From the NCBI RefSeq assembly GCF_009914755.1, contig NC_060928.1: a DNA stretch of 64,000 nucleotides, one strand, 5' to 3'. The notes beneath the pieces are model-generated. The model saw only the letters and a list, made by a program, of their open reading frames with translations. It searched no databases and was not told the DNA's origin. This document shows, piece by piece, positions 50,087-64,000 of this stretch. How positions within the stretch are numbered: the first letter of the stretch is position 1; the number at the start of each line of letters is the position of its first letter. The translations under genes and the position numbers were made by a program. This stretch comes from the human T2T-CHM13v2.0 reference genome, Homo sapiens.

Positions 50087-53059
50087 AAGGAAGAAGATGA
50101 AGCAGGTTCTGTGACACAGAACAGAATTCAGGGCAAGTGCAGGGCTGGGCAGCCTCACACTGTAATTCACACTCAGGGCAATAAACAGAAAATAATTTTC
50201 AGAATGAAATCATGGCATTGATCTTGTCATGATCTCGAGCACTTGAGATTTTGAAACAAATTAACATTGTCTCCTTAAATGCAAGGTATCCTTCTTAGGC
50301 TCCTTAAGGAACTTTGCCATTTAAAAAAGTTAAGTTTTCAAGATAAAGAGACCTACTTTGGTCACAGTGAAGATTATGACTAGCCAATTGGCAAATGCCA
50401 GAAGAAATCCATGTGTTTCTTTTCCTTTCACTCTGCCCATGTTCCACGTATATCAGTTCCACTTAGCTAAGTTGTCTGCTCCTTTTGACTTGCTGGAATA
50501 TCACAATGCAAGTCTGGTGGGCACAGAAATTCTGGGATGGTGTCTAGCCTTAATTAAACACCCCCAACTGTGGTGCAGTCAAACCTTGAGATTTTCATGA
50601 CTACTGAGACCTGGACAAAAAACAAGTATTTTTTGCCCAGTAGAGTTGAAAGCCGAAATAAGCAAACAAGAAGGAGGAAACATATAAGTAGGAGATTGCA
50701 AAGGCAGAGAGGTAAAGATGGCTTAGCTCCAGGTGGTCAATGATGCTCTATCCAGATGAGGGGCTTTGGGGCCCAGAGCCTGCATGTCCTGATGGGTTTT
50801 CAATTCTGAGCACAAGATATTCATCTGAAATGTTAATTTTCCATGTTCAGCCATTTGCCATCCGGATAAAATTCCCAGCACAGCTTCTGCACAAACTCAG
50901 GATAAGGTGGCAAGCTCTTAACTGCCTTGACTGGTAAACCATGTAAATAACCCCTTTTCATTGTTTTTTTCCACAGGCAAGATAGAGTAGTCTTTCTAAT
51001 ATTAACTTCAGCATAAATATTGAAACTCACATAACTTGAATATTGAAAAAAGCTTCCAAATGGTCTTTGAATTTAAATAGCACCTTGAGACTCCCAGCCC
51101 CCAGAACAGCTCTAAAATTCAAATGACTAACCAACTTGCCATTCTTTGCCTTCTCTAATTTCCATATTTCTTTTTTTTTGTGCTAATAATTAGCCATCTC
51201 CCACATTCTTGATCACATGTAAACAGTAGACCAGGCATGGTGGAGAGAGCAGCTAATTAATATCATTCAGATGGAAGGGCTTTCATTTTCTGCCTGCTTT
51301 TGGGAAATTATTCCCTGGAAGAATTTCTTTGTATGGAGATATTGGACAATCTCCTATGTCCATCCTGTGGACAATAGGAGATGTTGTCTGGGCTCTGTAA
51401 CATGGATTTGATCATTCCAGCTGTCTGCTTTTAGCAGTGTGCGATAACACATGGTCAGATGGCTTGCCCTGCCCTAACATATGCACGATCATGGTTCAAT
51501 ATCACTTCACTGGAGTACCCAAATGTTTCTGGTTTACCTGCAAAAAATTCAACTTTTTTTAAACAAAATTGGGAAATAGTATAGGTCTTGTACAGCATTC
51601 CAGTCATGCACCAAGCACACACCAAGGGTTGTTTAGTAGGTGGCCCCATGTTGGGTACAGTTCTCTCCCTAAAACTACAGGAAAGGCACTCCATTCTCAC
51701 ACATTGGATCCTTCTTGCACTTTCATTCTCACACATAACAAATCTCCCACAGGCAGACAGTTCGCAAAGACCATATGGATAGAGAGGCATTTTGTCTTAT
51801 TTTTAAATTTTTTTTTTTTACAAAACTGATATGCAGATTTAATAAACTATCTAACAGTATTGTCAAGGGAGTTGGGCAAAATTTTCAGATAATTATATTT
51901 GGCCCCATTTCACATGAAAATATCCTTTATGACTTAGAGTACATTCTTGGTGTATATATTTTAATGTATTACTCACATTCTGCCTTTTAAATAAAATATG
52001 CTGAACTTGAAGTATCCGCCATGAATCTTTGATGTAATTAAGGATATCTGATTCTTCCACTCCCCAATGCCCCCAGGGCCTGCTTAGGTATTTGAAGCTG
52101 TTTCTTGCTACATAAAACATCCCAGACTGATTTTTTGGGCTGTCTTTTTAAGTTGTAACATACTTTGTTTCTTGGAGCCACTCTTGGTGTTTTCATTGTG
52201 TTGATTTCTGGTGGCCTTGCTTCTGAATATTTTCTAGATTAAGCCTTGCATGGCTGTGATAGGTGATTATTTTATACTTACTAGCACACAGCAGGACATT
52301 TATACATATCCACATTTATGGCTATCTTGATAGTTCATTATTTTACCCCTAATACATAGAAAAATCCAAGTTTTGCAGAACAAAACTTGGAGATGTGAGT
52401 TCTGGTGGTTTCAGGCTCACTTATTTGTGGCCCTGTGTGACATGTTGGGCAGGATTTAAAACTTGTACTAATAAAATTTAAAAGAGCTACAGGTCACACA
52501 CTTCAAAAAGTAGATATGCAAATGACAAGGATCTAATACATTGCATTTATACCTACAATCACAGATGATTTAATTAATGGCAATTCAACTCTCTTCAGGA
52601 GCCAGTGAGTAACATAAATGTGTGAATGAGCCAAGGTTAAGACAGCAGGGAGTAAATGAAACCAGGAGTGCGTGCCCCTCCTAATAATACAGATACCTTG
52701 AGAATTCGTGCTGGTCAGGCAAACACATCTCCAAGTCAAATATGGCCTCTGGAGCATTGTAATTTTATTTTTTGGGCTATCTCCATCACTGGTTTGCTTG
52801 GTTTTTTTTGTTTTTTTTTTTTCTTCTAAGGGCAACGTAACATCATTTGCCCTCATATGGGCAAGATCAACTGAAGAGCTTTTTCTTTTTGAATGTTCTG
52901 GTAGAATTTTATTATGGAAGTGATCTTCCTTTGAAAGTGTGAAACAGTATATAGTTAACACAATATGGTGGAAGTGTTCTGATAATTGTTTTAGTTCTTC
53001 TGCAGTTTGGGGGATGTTCATGACACTCAGGGAGGAAGGAATATGGTGGGTGATTCTGA

Positions 53060-53615
53060 ACAAGGGCCCCAGAGTCAGACTGCAGAGGTTCACATCCCTT
53101 CTCCTCTAGTTCCCAGCTGGACAATCCTGGTCACATGTGCTCTCCTTCCTAAGACTGGGGATTTCTTCATCTGTAAAGTAGGATGGGATGCCAGGCATGG
53201 TAGCTCACACCTGGAATGCCAGCCAAGGCGGGAGGACCACATGAGGTCAGGAGTTTGAGACCAGCCTGGTCAACAAAGTGAGACCCTGTCGCTACAAAAA
53301 ATATATATATTGTTTTTTAATTAGCCAGATATGTGTGTGCCCACCTGTAGTCCCAGCTACTCAGGAGGCTGAGGTGGGGAGGATCACTGAACCAGGAGGG
53401 CCATGACTGCAGTGAGCCATAATTGCACAACTGCACTACAGCCTAGGTGACAGAGTGAGACCCATCTCAGGAAAATAAAAAAAAGTATGATGGGAGCAGT
53501 GCCTACTTCACAGAATTGGTCTGAGGATTACATGAGACAAAGGAAGATCTCACAACAATGCATGGCAAATAATAAAAGCTCAACATATGATGGTTATCAC
53601 CATTATCATCATTAT
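53060..53615 (+). mobile_element. MIR split by an Alu
   Basis: 'atttcttcatctgtaaagtagga' before the Alu, 'gcctacttcacagaattggtctgaggattacatgaga' after it. Confidence 0.75.
53189..53484 (+). mobile_element. AluJ
   Basis: TSD AAAGTA(G/T)GATGGGA at 53175-53188 and 53482-53495. Confidence 0.93.
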
Positions 53616-55120
53616 AGCATTATATTTGACCTTGTAACTAATGTGTTTTCTTTATTCCCTGTGATTCTAGTATTTTCTAGTAGCCTCTGTGATCGGCACC
53701 CAATTAATCAAAGGCATTCATTGTTCCCAGGAGGAAGGTGGGTAAAACCTACAACAAAGACATCAATTAAAGTGCTAAATTAATTTCTGTCCCTCTCTAA
53801 CATAAATAACAAACTAGAAAGCAAGGCATTCATTTGCAGGAGGCTGGCTTTGTTAAGAGAGACAAAGAGTTGTGTTTCCAAAGAGCTAGAGAGTGGAGCA
53901 CTGGAGGCTTTGGGCATGCAGTAAGTCACAGGGAGAGTAAGAATGCACACGTGTGTGAACAGTTTCCCTCTACACGGAGGACAGACAGCAGCCGTCCCTG
54001 GAGGGCTGGAGGGAGGATGGACAAGAAAGGAGAGAGCAAAGGCATTTAGACACCAACAAAATGGTGACTCGCTGCCCCTCCCCATCCCATACCTCATCCC
54101 CAGCATCTACCCCCAGAAAGAGGCAATATTGAACCCCCAAGTTTGTTTTGAGTATTCAAAAGTATGGAAAACCCGTGCCCCAATTCCTGTATAGCGCTCT
54201 AGGAGAGCGGTTTCAGAGTGGACAGTGTGATACCATAAACAGTAGAGAAAAATAGCTGCTTCTCAGATTTCAGACACAAGGAAGAACATGCTTGGATGTC
54301 TAGGTGTGTGTGTGAAGGATGAGGGCCCCAGAAATATTATCGTAAGTTTAAATTCTGACCTGACTGTATTTCAAACCAGAAGCGACTGAGTTTTGTTGAA
54401 CTGGCAAGGTTGTTTTTCTACCACTGGGCCAAAATAGGGCTTGCAGTTTGATTAGCATAAAAATAAAGGAAGTTACCAATCTGAGTCTAATGAATGTTTA
54501 AAATGCTTCCCCTTTTATTATGATCTATTCATTGATTTCCAGGAAGGTGTTTTTTGCTTGCTTCCCTGTGCTCTGGATTGCTGGCTGCTGGCTCTAGTTA
54601 TTAAGGAAACAAGATCATGACCCTGAAACCTTTAGACACTCAACCAACTCTGTGCATCTGTTTTTTCTCTGCCATGATCTGCTGTCTGTATTTTGCAGCC
54701 ACATGGAAAGAGCAATGTTTTAAACCTTCACTAGTGCTGTGGATCAATTCTGGCTTGGATTCTCATTTGGAATTGATTCCCCTTGGGCAGGAATGTGGGT
54801 GCTATATCACTCCCTGAGCATGTCAGTAAACATCCTCCCTGTCAGCATTGCTGTTCAATCATGTCTTGTCCAGCACCCTGCGGGTACAAGAGATCACAGA
54901 GCCTTACATTTGGCCATTTCCTAGGAAGCCACACTTTTATACATTAAGTCAAATTCTCAGGTATCTCTTGGTTTTGCTCTATTCTCACCTCTCAAGCTGA
55001 CATATATTTTCTAAAATTAAGTCTTCCAGAGACTTATCTGTAAAAATATTTTCTTAAGAAATAATTTTCATTTTATGGAAGAAGAAATATCAACTTAGAA
55101 CTACTTTGTGACAGCATCCA

Positions 55121-55429
55121 GGCTGGGTGTGATGGCTCACGCCTGTAATCACTTTGAGTGGCTGAGGCAGGAGGATTGCTTGAGCCCAGGAGTTCAAGAC
55201 CAGCCTCCTAGGAAACATAGTGAAACTCTATCTCTACCAAAAAAAAAAAAAAAATACAAAAATTAGCTGGGTGTGGTGACACATGCCTGTAGTCCAGCTA
55301 CTCAGGGGGCTGAGGTAGCAGGATCACTTGAGCCCAGGACACTGAGGCTGCTGTGAGCTGTGATTGTACCACTGCAGTCCAGCCTGGGCAACAGAGGGAG
55401 ACCCTGTCTCAAAAATTAAAAAAAAAAAA
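55121..55429 (+). mobile_element. AluJ
   Basis: Dimeric Alu with expanded central A tract. Confidence 0.94.
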
Positions 55430-55562
55430 CAGAGTAAGATCATCCATTTTTGATAGGCACATATTGACTGCTTGGTCCCATAGCCATGTGGGAGCTAAGG
55501 CTCCAGTTGGGGGATCTGTGCTGGTAGTGGCCTGAGCTGGATATTTCACTGATGGGTCCTTA

Positions 55563-56289
55563 TGTAATCATCCAGTGGGTTCTTTCTGCCCACCGCACAG
55601 ACAAAATCAATTCACTGAGATCATGACATTGCAGTAAAGATGGAGTTTAATCCATGGGAGGCCAGCCAAGAGGGAAACAGAGCTATTACTTAAATCAGTC
55701 TCCCTGAAGTCTTGGAGTTAAGGTTTTTCAAAGATAGTTTGGTGGGCAGGGGGCTGGGGAATAGGTGCTGCTGATTGGTTGAAGAAGCAATCATAGGTGT
55801 GTGGAAAATGGTCCCATGCACTGAGTCTACCTCTGAGGGGGGCCACAGGACTGACTGAGTCATGAGGGTCCATGTGGAGACAGCCAGTCATCAGAAATGC
55901 AGAAAAAACATCTCAGAAAAACATCTCAAAAGGCCAATCTTAGGTTCTACAAACAGTGCTGTTATCTATAGGAGGAATTGGAGAAGTTACAAACCTTGTG
56001 ACCTCTAGAACAATGGTCAGTTATTAATTACACTTATGTCTTCTCAGAATTCAGGCCCCTATCTCATGATCCTAACCTTGTGGCTTTTCTTTAGTTTTAC
56101 AAAGGCAGTTTAGTATTCGGAAGGATTATTATCATCTTTACTTTAAGGTTAAACTATAAATTAAATTCTTTCCAAAATTAGCTTGGCCTATGCCCAGAGA
56201 TGACTGAGGAAAGCTCTGAAGTTATAAGCAAGATGGAATCAACTATGTCAGATTTCTCTTGCTGTCATAATTTTGCAAAGGCGGTTTCA
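55563..56289 (-). mobile_element. LTR8A/LTR8B (ERV1) solo LTR
   Basis: Minus strand begins TGAAACCGCCTTTGCAAAATTATGACAGCAAGAGAAATCTGACATAG and ends ...TTACA; 727 bp. Confidence 0.88.
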
Positions 56290-56984
56290 CTGTTGTCTAA
56301 TACCCAGGTCCTCTCAAGGTCTCAGTCCAGATGGATTTAGAATACAGGATCACTGCAGTCCAGTTCTGCTTCATCTTATCCTCCAAGGCACTGAGTTATT
56401 TCATGTGCATAGGGCATCAAAGCAGCTTATTAACGTGGTGTATAAGTAGAAAGAAAAGAGACTAGGAAATCCAGAAGAAAATCCTGTTATATCTTTTGAA
56501 ATTCGTATTCATTCCCAAACATGAATGCCAGCATTTGCTCATGTGCTGGCCAACTAATGGAAACTAAAAATGGAATAAAAAATAACAATGTCTAAGGCTT
56601 TCAGACTATCCCATATCAACTTATCTTGAGGTAGAATTTTATTGTTACTGACCTGCTGCTCCTACTAGTACCATAAACTTTCAGATTTAAATTTACAGAA
56701 AACATCAATTGCATGATTGTCCCAAAGTTCTTGTCCTCTCCCATTCTTGCCCTCTGCAACTCTTAGTTGCATTCATAATGTTAACTTACCAATTTCCAAA
56801 ATTCCTTCTTCAATTGGATAGGACTATATGAAAAAAAAACTAATGTGTAAATATGGTGAGAAAAATCTAAGGATGTAAGTAAAATTCAGAGAGGCAATTT
56901 CAATGCCCCTCATACAATGAAACCCTTTCTACCTGAAATTTCTCTATCCAAATGTGATCTGTGGACACTCTCCAGAGCAGCCTC

Positions 56985-58028
56985 TGGAGCAGCATTGAAC
57001 TTTCTGGAATGAAGGAAATGTTCTAAAACTGACCTGTCCAATATAGCAACCATTAGCCACATGTGGCTATTAAACACTTGAAATGTGGCTGGTGTGAGTG
57101 AGGAGCTGCTTTTTTATTTAATTTCAGGTAATTAAAATTTCAATCTTTTAATTTAAATAGCCATGTATGATATGATAAGAAATATATATTTTGGTCTTCT
57201 TTCCCCATTTCTTGGCACATAGCTCTTAAAACCCTTGCAATCTCTGAAGTAATCACGTCTTTCTATACACTAATGAGATGACTGGTGTCTGGGGGCTCTG
57301 GACAGCCTCAGAATAGGGGGATGGGTGCCAGGGAATACAACCACATGATTAGAGAGTCGGAACTTTGATCTCCAATCCCCCCGCCTCTGGAAGAGAAGAG
57401 GGCCTGAAGGTTGAGTCGATCCCAGTGCTCAACGATTTGATTAATTACGCCCACAAGATGAAGCTTCCATAAAAACCCAAAAGGATGGGGTTTGAAGCGC
57501 TTCTGGGTTGGTGAATGCCTGGAGGTGCTGTGAGAGAGAGTGGCCCAGAGAGGTCATGGAAGCTCCTCATCCCTTCTCCCATACCTTGACCAATGTGTCT
57601 CTTCCCTCTGGCTGTACCTAAATTGTATTCTTTGTAATAAACTGGTAATCTTGTAAGTAAACTGTTTTCCTGAGTTCCGTGAGCTGCCTTTGCCAGAGAG
57701 GACCTGTTATTATTAGCTAAGTCAGACGGAAGTTATGGGCAACCTGGGGCTCACTACTTGTGATTGACATCTGAAGTGGGGGACTGTCTTGGGGGACTGA
57801 GTCCTTAACCTGTGGGATCAGATGCTATCTCCTGGTAGATGGTGTCAGAATTGGGTTAAATTGTAGGACATCCAGTTGGTGTCCTCAGAGAATTGGAGAA
57901 TTGCTTGTCATAGGAAAAAGCTCTACACATTTTGGTGACCAGAAGTGTTGTGGTGGTATAGAAGAGAAAATACTGGTTTTCCCCCTAAAACCATGAGGCT
58001 AGTCGCTGCCATTTTTGACAGCACTACT
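56985..58028. mobile_element. MER3/MER33-type hAT element split by MER21
   Basis: 'tgtccaatatagcaaccattagccacatgtggctattaaacacttgaaatgtggct...tttaaatagccatg', resuming 'ccatgaggctagt...tttgacagc'. Confidence 0.8.
57166..57990 (+). mobile_element. MER21B-like solo LTR
   Basis: 'ataagaaatatatattttggtcttc...ctaatgagatgactggtg'; CCATG on both sides (57161-57165, 57991-57995). Confidence 0.85.
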
Positions 58029-59290
58029 GCAGAGGATTTTACTTTTAAGGTTAGAAAGAGCAAAGCTCCAAGGGGGTGGGAGGGAAGAGGCCCCAGCACC
58101 AGGCCTAGGCATAAGGTAAGCCACTACATTGGACCTTGCTGGTGACTCTGTTTGGAGCTTCTGAGAATCCCCAAAGCTGACACTGGGAGAATGGAAATGG
58201 GCTAAGATGCCCTTTATGAATCTCTTCCAGGCTCATGAGAATTCTGCTCTATTCATTGTGTAATTGTAGTTTCTCCCTTCCTCCAGACATTTTTCTCGTT
58301 TGGAGAAGTGTTGGTTGCTAGGAGACTGAACTGCCTTTTCAAGGAGAGTACTTTAGAGAGAAACAATTCACATGATTTTCTTCTTTTATAAAATGAAAAT
58401 TTGTAAAATATTTGCAATGCATAGTGAAAAAGTCAAGCTTTTACATTTCTTTGTATATTTGTTTTAGCAATCATAGAAACTTTCAATTACTTTTCCCACT
58501 GCTTCACACTGCAAGAAAGAAAACAAAAACTGACTGCCTTTTCTGTAGCATTTCTTAAGGAAAAAATAACATTCCAGGCTTGTTTCCAGAAATGGTGAGG
58601 TGATATCTTATCCTGCTTACCTCACAAGGGAGCTGTGAGTGAGAATCAAAAATAATGACATTTATAATGGAAATGGAAATTGCAAAGCACTATCCACCAG
58701 AAATAAATCAGTATTGCACCCAACAGCTCATAGTTTTATCCAACTACTTATTCTTACCATGATTTTCATAAACTTACAAAATCATGCAGTCTGAACACAT
58801 CATTTAACAAATAAAAGAGCCACAACTTGGAGAAATGAATAGGTCTCTTAGGTTTCTAACTTCCAGACAAAGATGCCATTATACTGCAATGACTTCTCAG
58901 AGAATGTGAACAAAACTCCTTTAAATGTTCGACTAGCTCTTGTAATCACCGTCAACAACATTTAAACCTTGGGTAGGGAGTAGTCAGCATGAAATGACAT
59001 TTCCTCTCTAACTCACCTAATACGATGCCTGGCACACAGTAGGTGCTCATTAAAGAGTAGTTGTTAATAATGATGGTAATATCCTAGCTAATAAGGATCT
59101 TTTCTTTCAAATTTCTTGGCCTCTGCTTTAAAAATCCAGCTGTAGTAATTTTTTTATTGACCAACTGCAAAATTCTTTCATGTTTGAGAAATTTGCCTAT
59201 GTTAATTGACAGTTTAAAGCAAAAGAGCTTTCTTTCTTTGTATATCTGAGCAGCAGAAGAGCCACCAAAAAGGAGACTAGGAACAAGTTA

Positions 59291-59659
<369 letters not shown>

Positions 59660-59902
59660 CTATTTGATAATTATCATAGATGCTATATTTTTTCAGGTTA
59701 TCCATGGCTTTTGTGGAGTCCATACTCCTTAGAAAGAGTTCAGCACAGGAGAGCACCCCGTGGGTCCTCTTTTGCTAGATGAGCTAGTATTTTAAAAGTA
59801 CTTAGATGTAGACAAGCTCCTCAGGGTGACAACTAGCTTACAAACAGCATCCCACAAGCACACAATGCCAGTTTCATACTGCCCCAATGTCTCCAGACCT
59901 GC

Positions 59903-60068
59903 CTAGGGTCTCAACCGTGACTAGGCATTAGAACTACCCAGTGAACTTTAAAAAATATGATGTCCCAGCCCAGATCAATCTGTCCCTGTTTCTGGGAGGG
60001 GAGGCAGGTCTAGGCGGCTTTTAAAACTCCCTGGGTGGATCTAATGTGAAGCCAGAGTTAAGAACGAA
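59903..60068. mobile_element. MER5-type hAT MITE
   Basis: 'tctcaaccgtg...cattagaactacc...aactccctgggtggatctaatgtgaagccagagttaagaac'. Confidence 0.75.
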
Positions 60069-62164
60069 GTCCTTAAGCTGTTCTGATTCCAGGTTTCTTT
60101 GATCTAAACCAAACACGTGTAGGTCCACAGCACTAGCTAAAAGAACTGAAGGATCAAAAGTTTCTCTGCCCCATCTGAAATTGCCAACATCAGATCCTCA
60201 CTGAATCTCCTGCGCTCCTATTTCTGCTCCTCTCTCTCCCTCTTTTTCTCCCTGCCTTACTCTTTCCCTTTGTCCCTAGCTTTCTTCTCTCTCTTGCTCT
60301 CATCTCCTTTTCTGTCTGTCTCCTTATTCTCTCAGTTCTGCTTTGAGAAATCTTCCCCCTCAATAATATGCCTTTGATCCCTTTCACTTTCTTCCTTTCT
60401 GATAGTTTATCTCAGGAATCCACCTTTCTTATTTTTCATTTATTGTTCGATTTTTGTTTCATTTGTGAGCCAAACTAAAAGATTGTGTGTGTGGTGAGGG
60501 AAGAGCAGGAGGGCTGGAGGGCAATGATCCAGACATACACATAAAAACATTGAAAAGAAAAAAGTTCAAAAGGAATCAATGCCACCAACTTTCAAAGCAC
60601 TTGAAAGCAGCCACAAGTCCCATTCCAAATCTCCCTATCCTGCTCTAATTAGACTTTCCTTTCCTTAATCACCAGCATTCAAGAAAACAAAAAACAGAAC
60701 AACAAAAAAAACCCCACTATTTTGTTTTTAATGTAGTTTAATGTTCTTCTCTTTTAATTAAGGGTACTACAACACCACTGTGCTAGTCTTGGCTGCTTTC
60801 AGTATTCAGTTCTCCAGTTCAGTGGCTGAATGCCTGCCACCATGGTGGCTGTAGAGAGCTGCAGATTGAGAAATTTAAGATCTTAAGGAAAAACTGTTTG
60901 GAGGTCATCAAGATTGAGAGTAAAACCATTAGTAATGATAAGTTCTATACCATGAATTTCCATTTGACATCTCTTGCTCTCTGGAATCTCTTGAGGATCT
61001 CCCACATAGGCCATTTTAGTAAGGTGCTCATAAATCTGTTTAGCATTGTTGAAGATAAAACACAGACCAAAATGCATTGGTCTCTGTGACTGTACTCCCA
61101 TCCCAAGTGCCCCACATATTCGACAGTTTCACCCAGCGAGTGTTTGTGCTTATCTCTGCCTCCGCTGTCCTCAGTCCTCTGTGCTGGAATTATTCTCCAG
61201 TTGTCACATGTGCTCCAGGAACAGCCATCTGAGACTGCAGCTCACATTCTGCGCTCATTTTTGCCATCCCTGTCTATTTCTCCCATTACCTCATTTAACC
61301 CTGGAAAGAGTGACTTAAAACTTACTCAATAAAAAGCTAATTCCTTGGGATTGTTGTAAATATATACAGAAAAGACTTCGGTATGCTAGGATTTATATAT
61401 ATATATAAAAGAAAAAAGGGGAAGAGTCAGACTGGTTCAGATTCCCTGGGCTTTTGCCAACTGACCTAGGAACCCAGACACAAGAATGGGAATGTTTCTG
61501 GAAAATGCTTCCTGAGTTCCAAACAACCAACTTACAGCAAATATGGGGCATAAAGTCAGCATACAGCTATTCAGTCAATAATTGCTGTTCTGAGAGTTGT
61601 GAATTGAGGACTGCCTAAGGTGATGGGAATCCAAGCGTGCTGTTTGAATAAATAAGACAATTTTGGCTTGTAAAGCCTTCTTAGCCTGTGGGGGATGCTT
61701 AAATGGTGCTGGCTAAGATTATTTGGAGAATCAACACTGACGGCCTTGGGGATGAGAGAAGTCAAAGGAGGACCACACCAGGGAAGTGGATGGGTTCCAA
61801 CAGTTTCCACCTCCCTGGTGTGGGTCCTTGCTGCTGCTGTCACCCTGTCTCAGACTTCCTTGTTGCCAACAAAAACTAATAATAACCTGACTCCTTTCAG
61901 GAAACCAAAGATAAAGGAAAACAAATAAAGCAGGATTCAATGAGCTAAGGATCAATCGTTTAAGAACAATAATCTTTCAAACCAACTAGCTAATAATAGA
62001 TGCAACAAATAAAAAATAAGCAAACATGATGAAAAAAGCAAAAGTAATATTAAAAGAGCTCAAAGAATAACTGAAAGAATAAAATTTTAAATAATTCAGA
62101 GTACATTTAAATAAAAATACTGTAAAGAATAATTAGTATGGTGAAATAAACAAATCTTTATTAA

Positions 62165-62483
<319 letters not shown>

Positions 62484-64000
62484 TAATATTTTAAAAGGCA
62501 AAATATTCTACATAAATTCAAACTCTGTTAATGGGTATTGTGCCAGAAATAGGCTATCAGTGTAAATATGAGCTACTAAATGCTTATTCATTTGTTCACC
62601 AGCACATATCAAGGAAACATTAGTCAGCCAGCTGAATTATGAAAATTCTCTCCCTATAATTAAATTATCATAGTACTAATTAAAACAAGTGTATACTTTT
62701 TATACCTGCATGTCCTTAAACAAATGTCCACTTCTATCTAGTCAAACACTAAATGAATGTATTGTAAACATTGCATGAATTCTAAATCCCAAAGACCAAT
62801 GCACAGAACAATTTCATTTTGCTTTTCAAGATAGCAAAAAGACTGAGAATAAGTCTCGCTCACCCATATGAATTTCCTATGCAGGCATTATTCCCGGGTT
62901 ATCTAGAGTTGAATTGTTAATGCTATTTAATTTTAATAGCCTTCTCAATTTTAAATCCTACTTGCAGAATGTGTACTCCATTTATGCTATTTCATGCTTG
63001 ACTTGTCTACATATCTGGGGAAAATTTTTATTTTGATTTGGGTTCAGAATCAAAAAAAAAAAATTCGCAACTTGGAAACGACTAATATCTGAAAGCACGA
63101 CCAAATAAATCTTCTCTCATTCACAGCACCCAGGAAAGCCAAGATTGGCATGAATGAATATGCTTTCCAAGCCCTGGCTTTTCTTGGGATCAAGAAGATT
63201 TTGCCTTGTATTTTTGCATGTACAGAAATAAGAACAAAAAGCACAAATATATATTCGATTTTTGCACTAAGTTTTGGGCTGCTTATACAACTTAGAAATA
63301 TTTCTGTATGTATCCATCTTTCTATTTTCAGGTAGAGTCCAATGCCATGAAAGGAGCTACGCTGAGTGGAAGAACATCAACTATGTTTTTAATGGTCATT
63401 AAATGAAGTCTCAAAAGTGAAGATATCCAATCAAGTCCAATCCCTGGAACAATGTAGAAAAGATGGACCTAAGAAACCAAAATTGAAATGTCTTTTTCAT
63501 GGATTTAGTGCAGATTCCCTTTAAGAAATTGATAAATTTCACTGTGGACTGGTTGCTAGGATACCCCTCAAAATCTATTAAAGTAAGCTCTTTCCTTTAA
63601 AGGACTGGGCAGGGTTTCCATTATTTCAAAATGACTTTGAAAATCATGCTGGGTGTTCCATCTAAGTGAATGAAACAGGTAAATGAATGGCCCTTAAGAA
63701 AAATAAATGACCATGAAGGATCTAAAAAATAATTAGGCTGTCTCATAATGATACATTTAAAAGTTAGCTTTGTCAAGGAGATTCAGATTTTCAAACCTGA
63801 AAGGAAGAAATAAAAATCAAATGTGAAATGGAAAATGTGAAGTTCCTTGGGGGTAGTTAAAGGCCTACTGTTGTAGAAAGCAAGGGACAGAGTTTACATT
63901 TAGAGTGGGCATGTTGTTTGACACTTATCATCTTAAATGTCATTTTTCTCTGGAACAAAAAGTAGCATGGGTACTTAAAATGTTTCACATTTTGAATTTC

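Noticed and set aside
49022-50106. Inverted Alu pair as a dsRNA/editing substrate
   Set aside because: Both are diverged, partly deleted AluJ copies upstream of the predicted TSS, with no evidence of transcription.
51254-51273. TAATTA plus CAGATG as a neural-crest homeodomain/TWIST composite motif
   Set aside because: I cannot confirm that the spacing fits the composite motif; both words are common.
52533-53093. 186-aa minus-strand ORF
   Set aside because: Non-ATG start within a MIR edge, crosses a low-complexity A tract, no domain or splice support.
63310-63600. Acceptor-like TTTCTATTTTCAG|G on the plus strand
   Set aside because: No supporting ORF or upstream exon; such motifs are frequent by chance.

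Overview
Primate (very probably human) genomic DNA centred on the CpG-island promoter and giant first coding exon of DCHS2 (dachsous cadherin-related 2), on the minus strand. The CDS starts at 33135 and runs 2052 nt (684 codons) to a canonical CAG|GTGAGT donor at 31084/31083. It encodes a long signal region, five complete cadherin repeats and the start of a sixth. Positions 1-31083 are AT-rich intron 1 and positions above about 34500 are upstream intergenic DNA. Both are filled with Alu, MIR, L2, old L1M, MaLR/ERVL/ERV1 LTRs, hAT transposon relics and microsatellites. I see no second protein-coding gene and nothing I can honestly call a new biological system. The most interesting local signals are: (1) a loop in cadherin repeat 5 built from a perfect 16-bp tandem duplication fused to a perfect 15-bp inverted repeat, with the reading frame intact; (2) a 5' leader with four upstream AUGs, two of them identical start-stop elements; (3) an exon-1 read-through frame that would give a secreted 710-aa ectodomain fragment; (4) a 186-bp direct duplication bracketing a 2.5-kb block of old repeats. 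Repeat subfamily names come from recalled consensus sequences, not a RepeatMasker run, and boundaries of old repeats are approximate.
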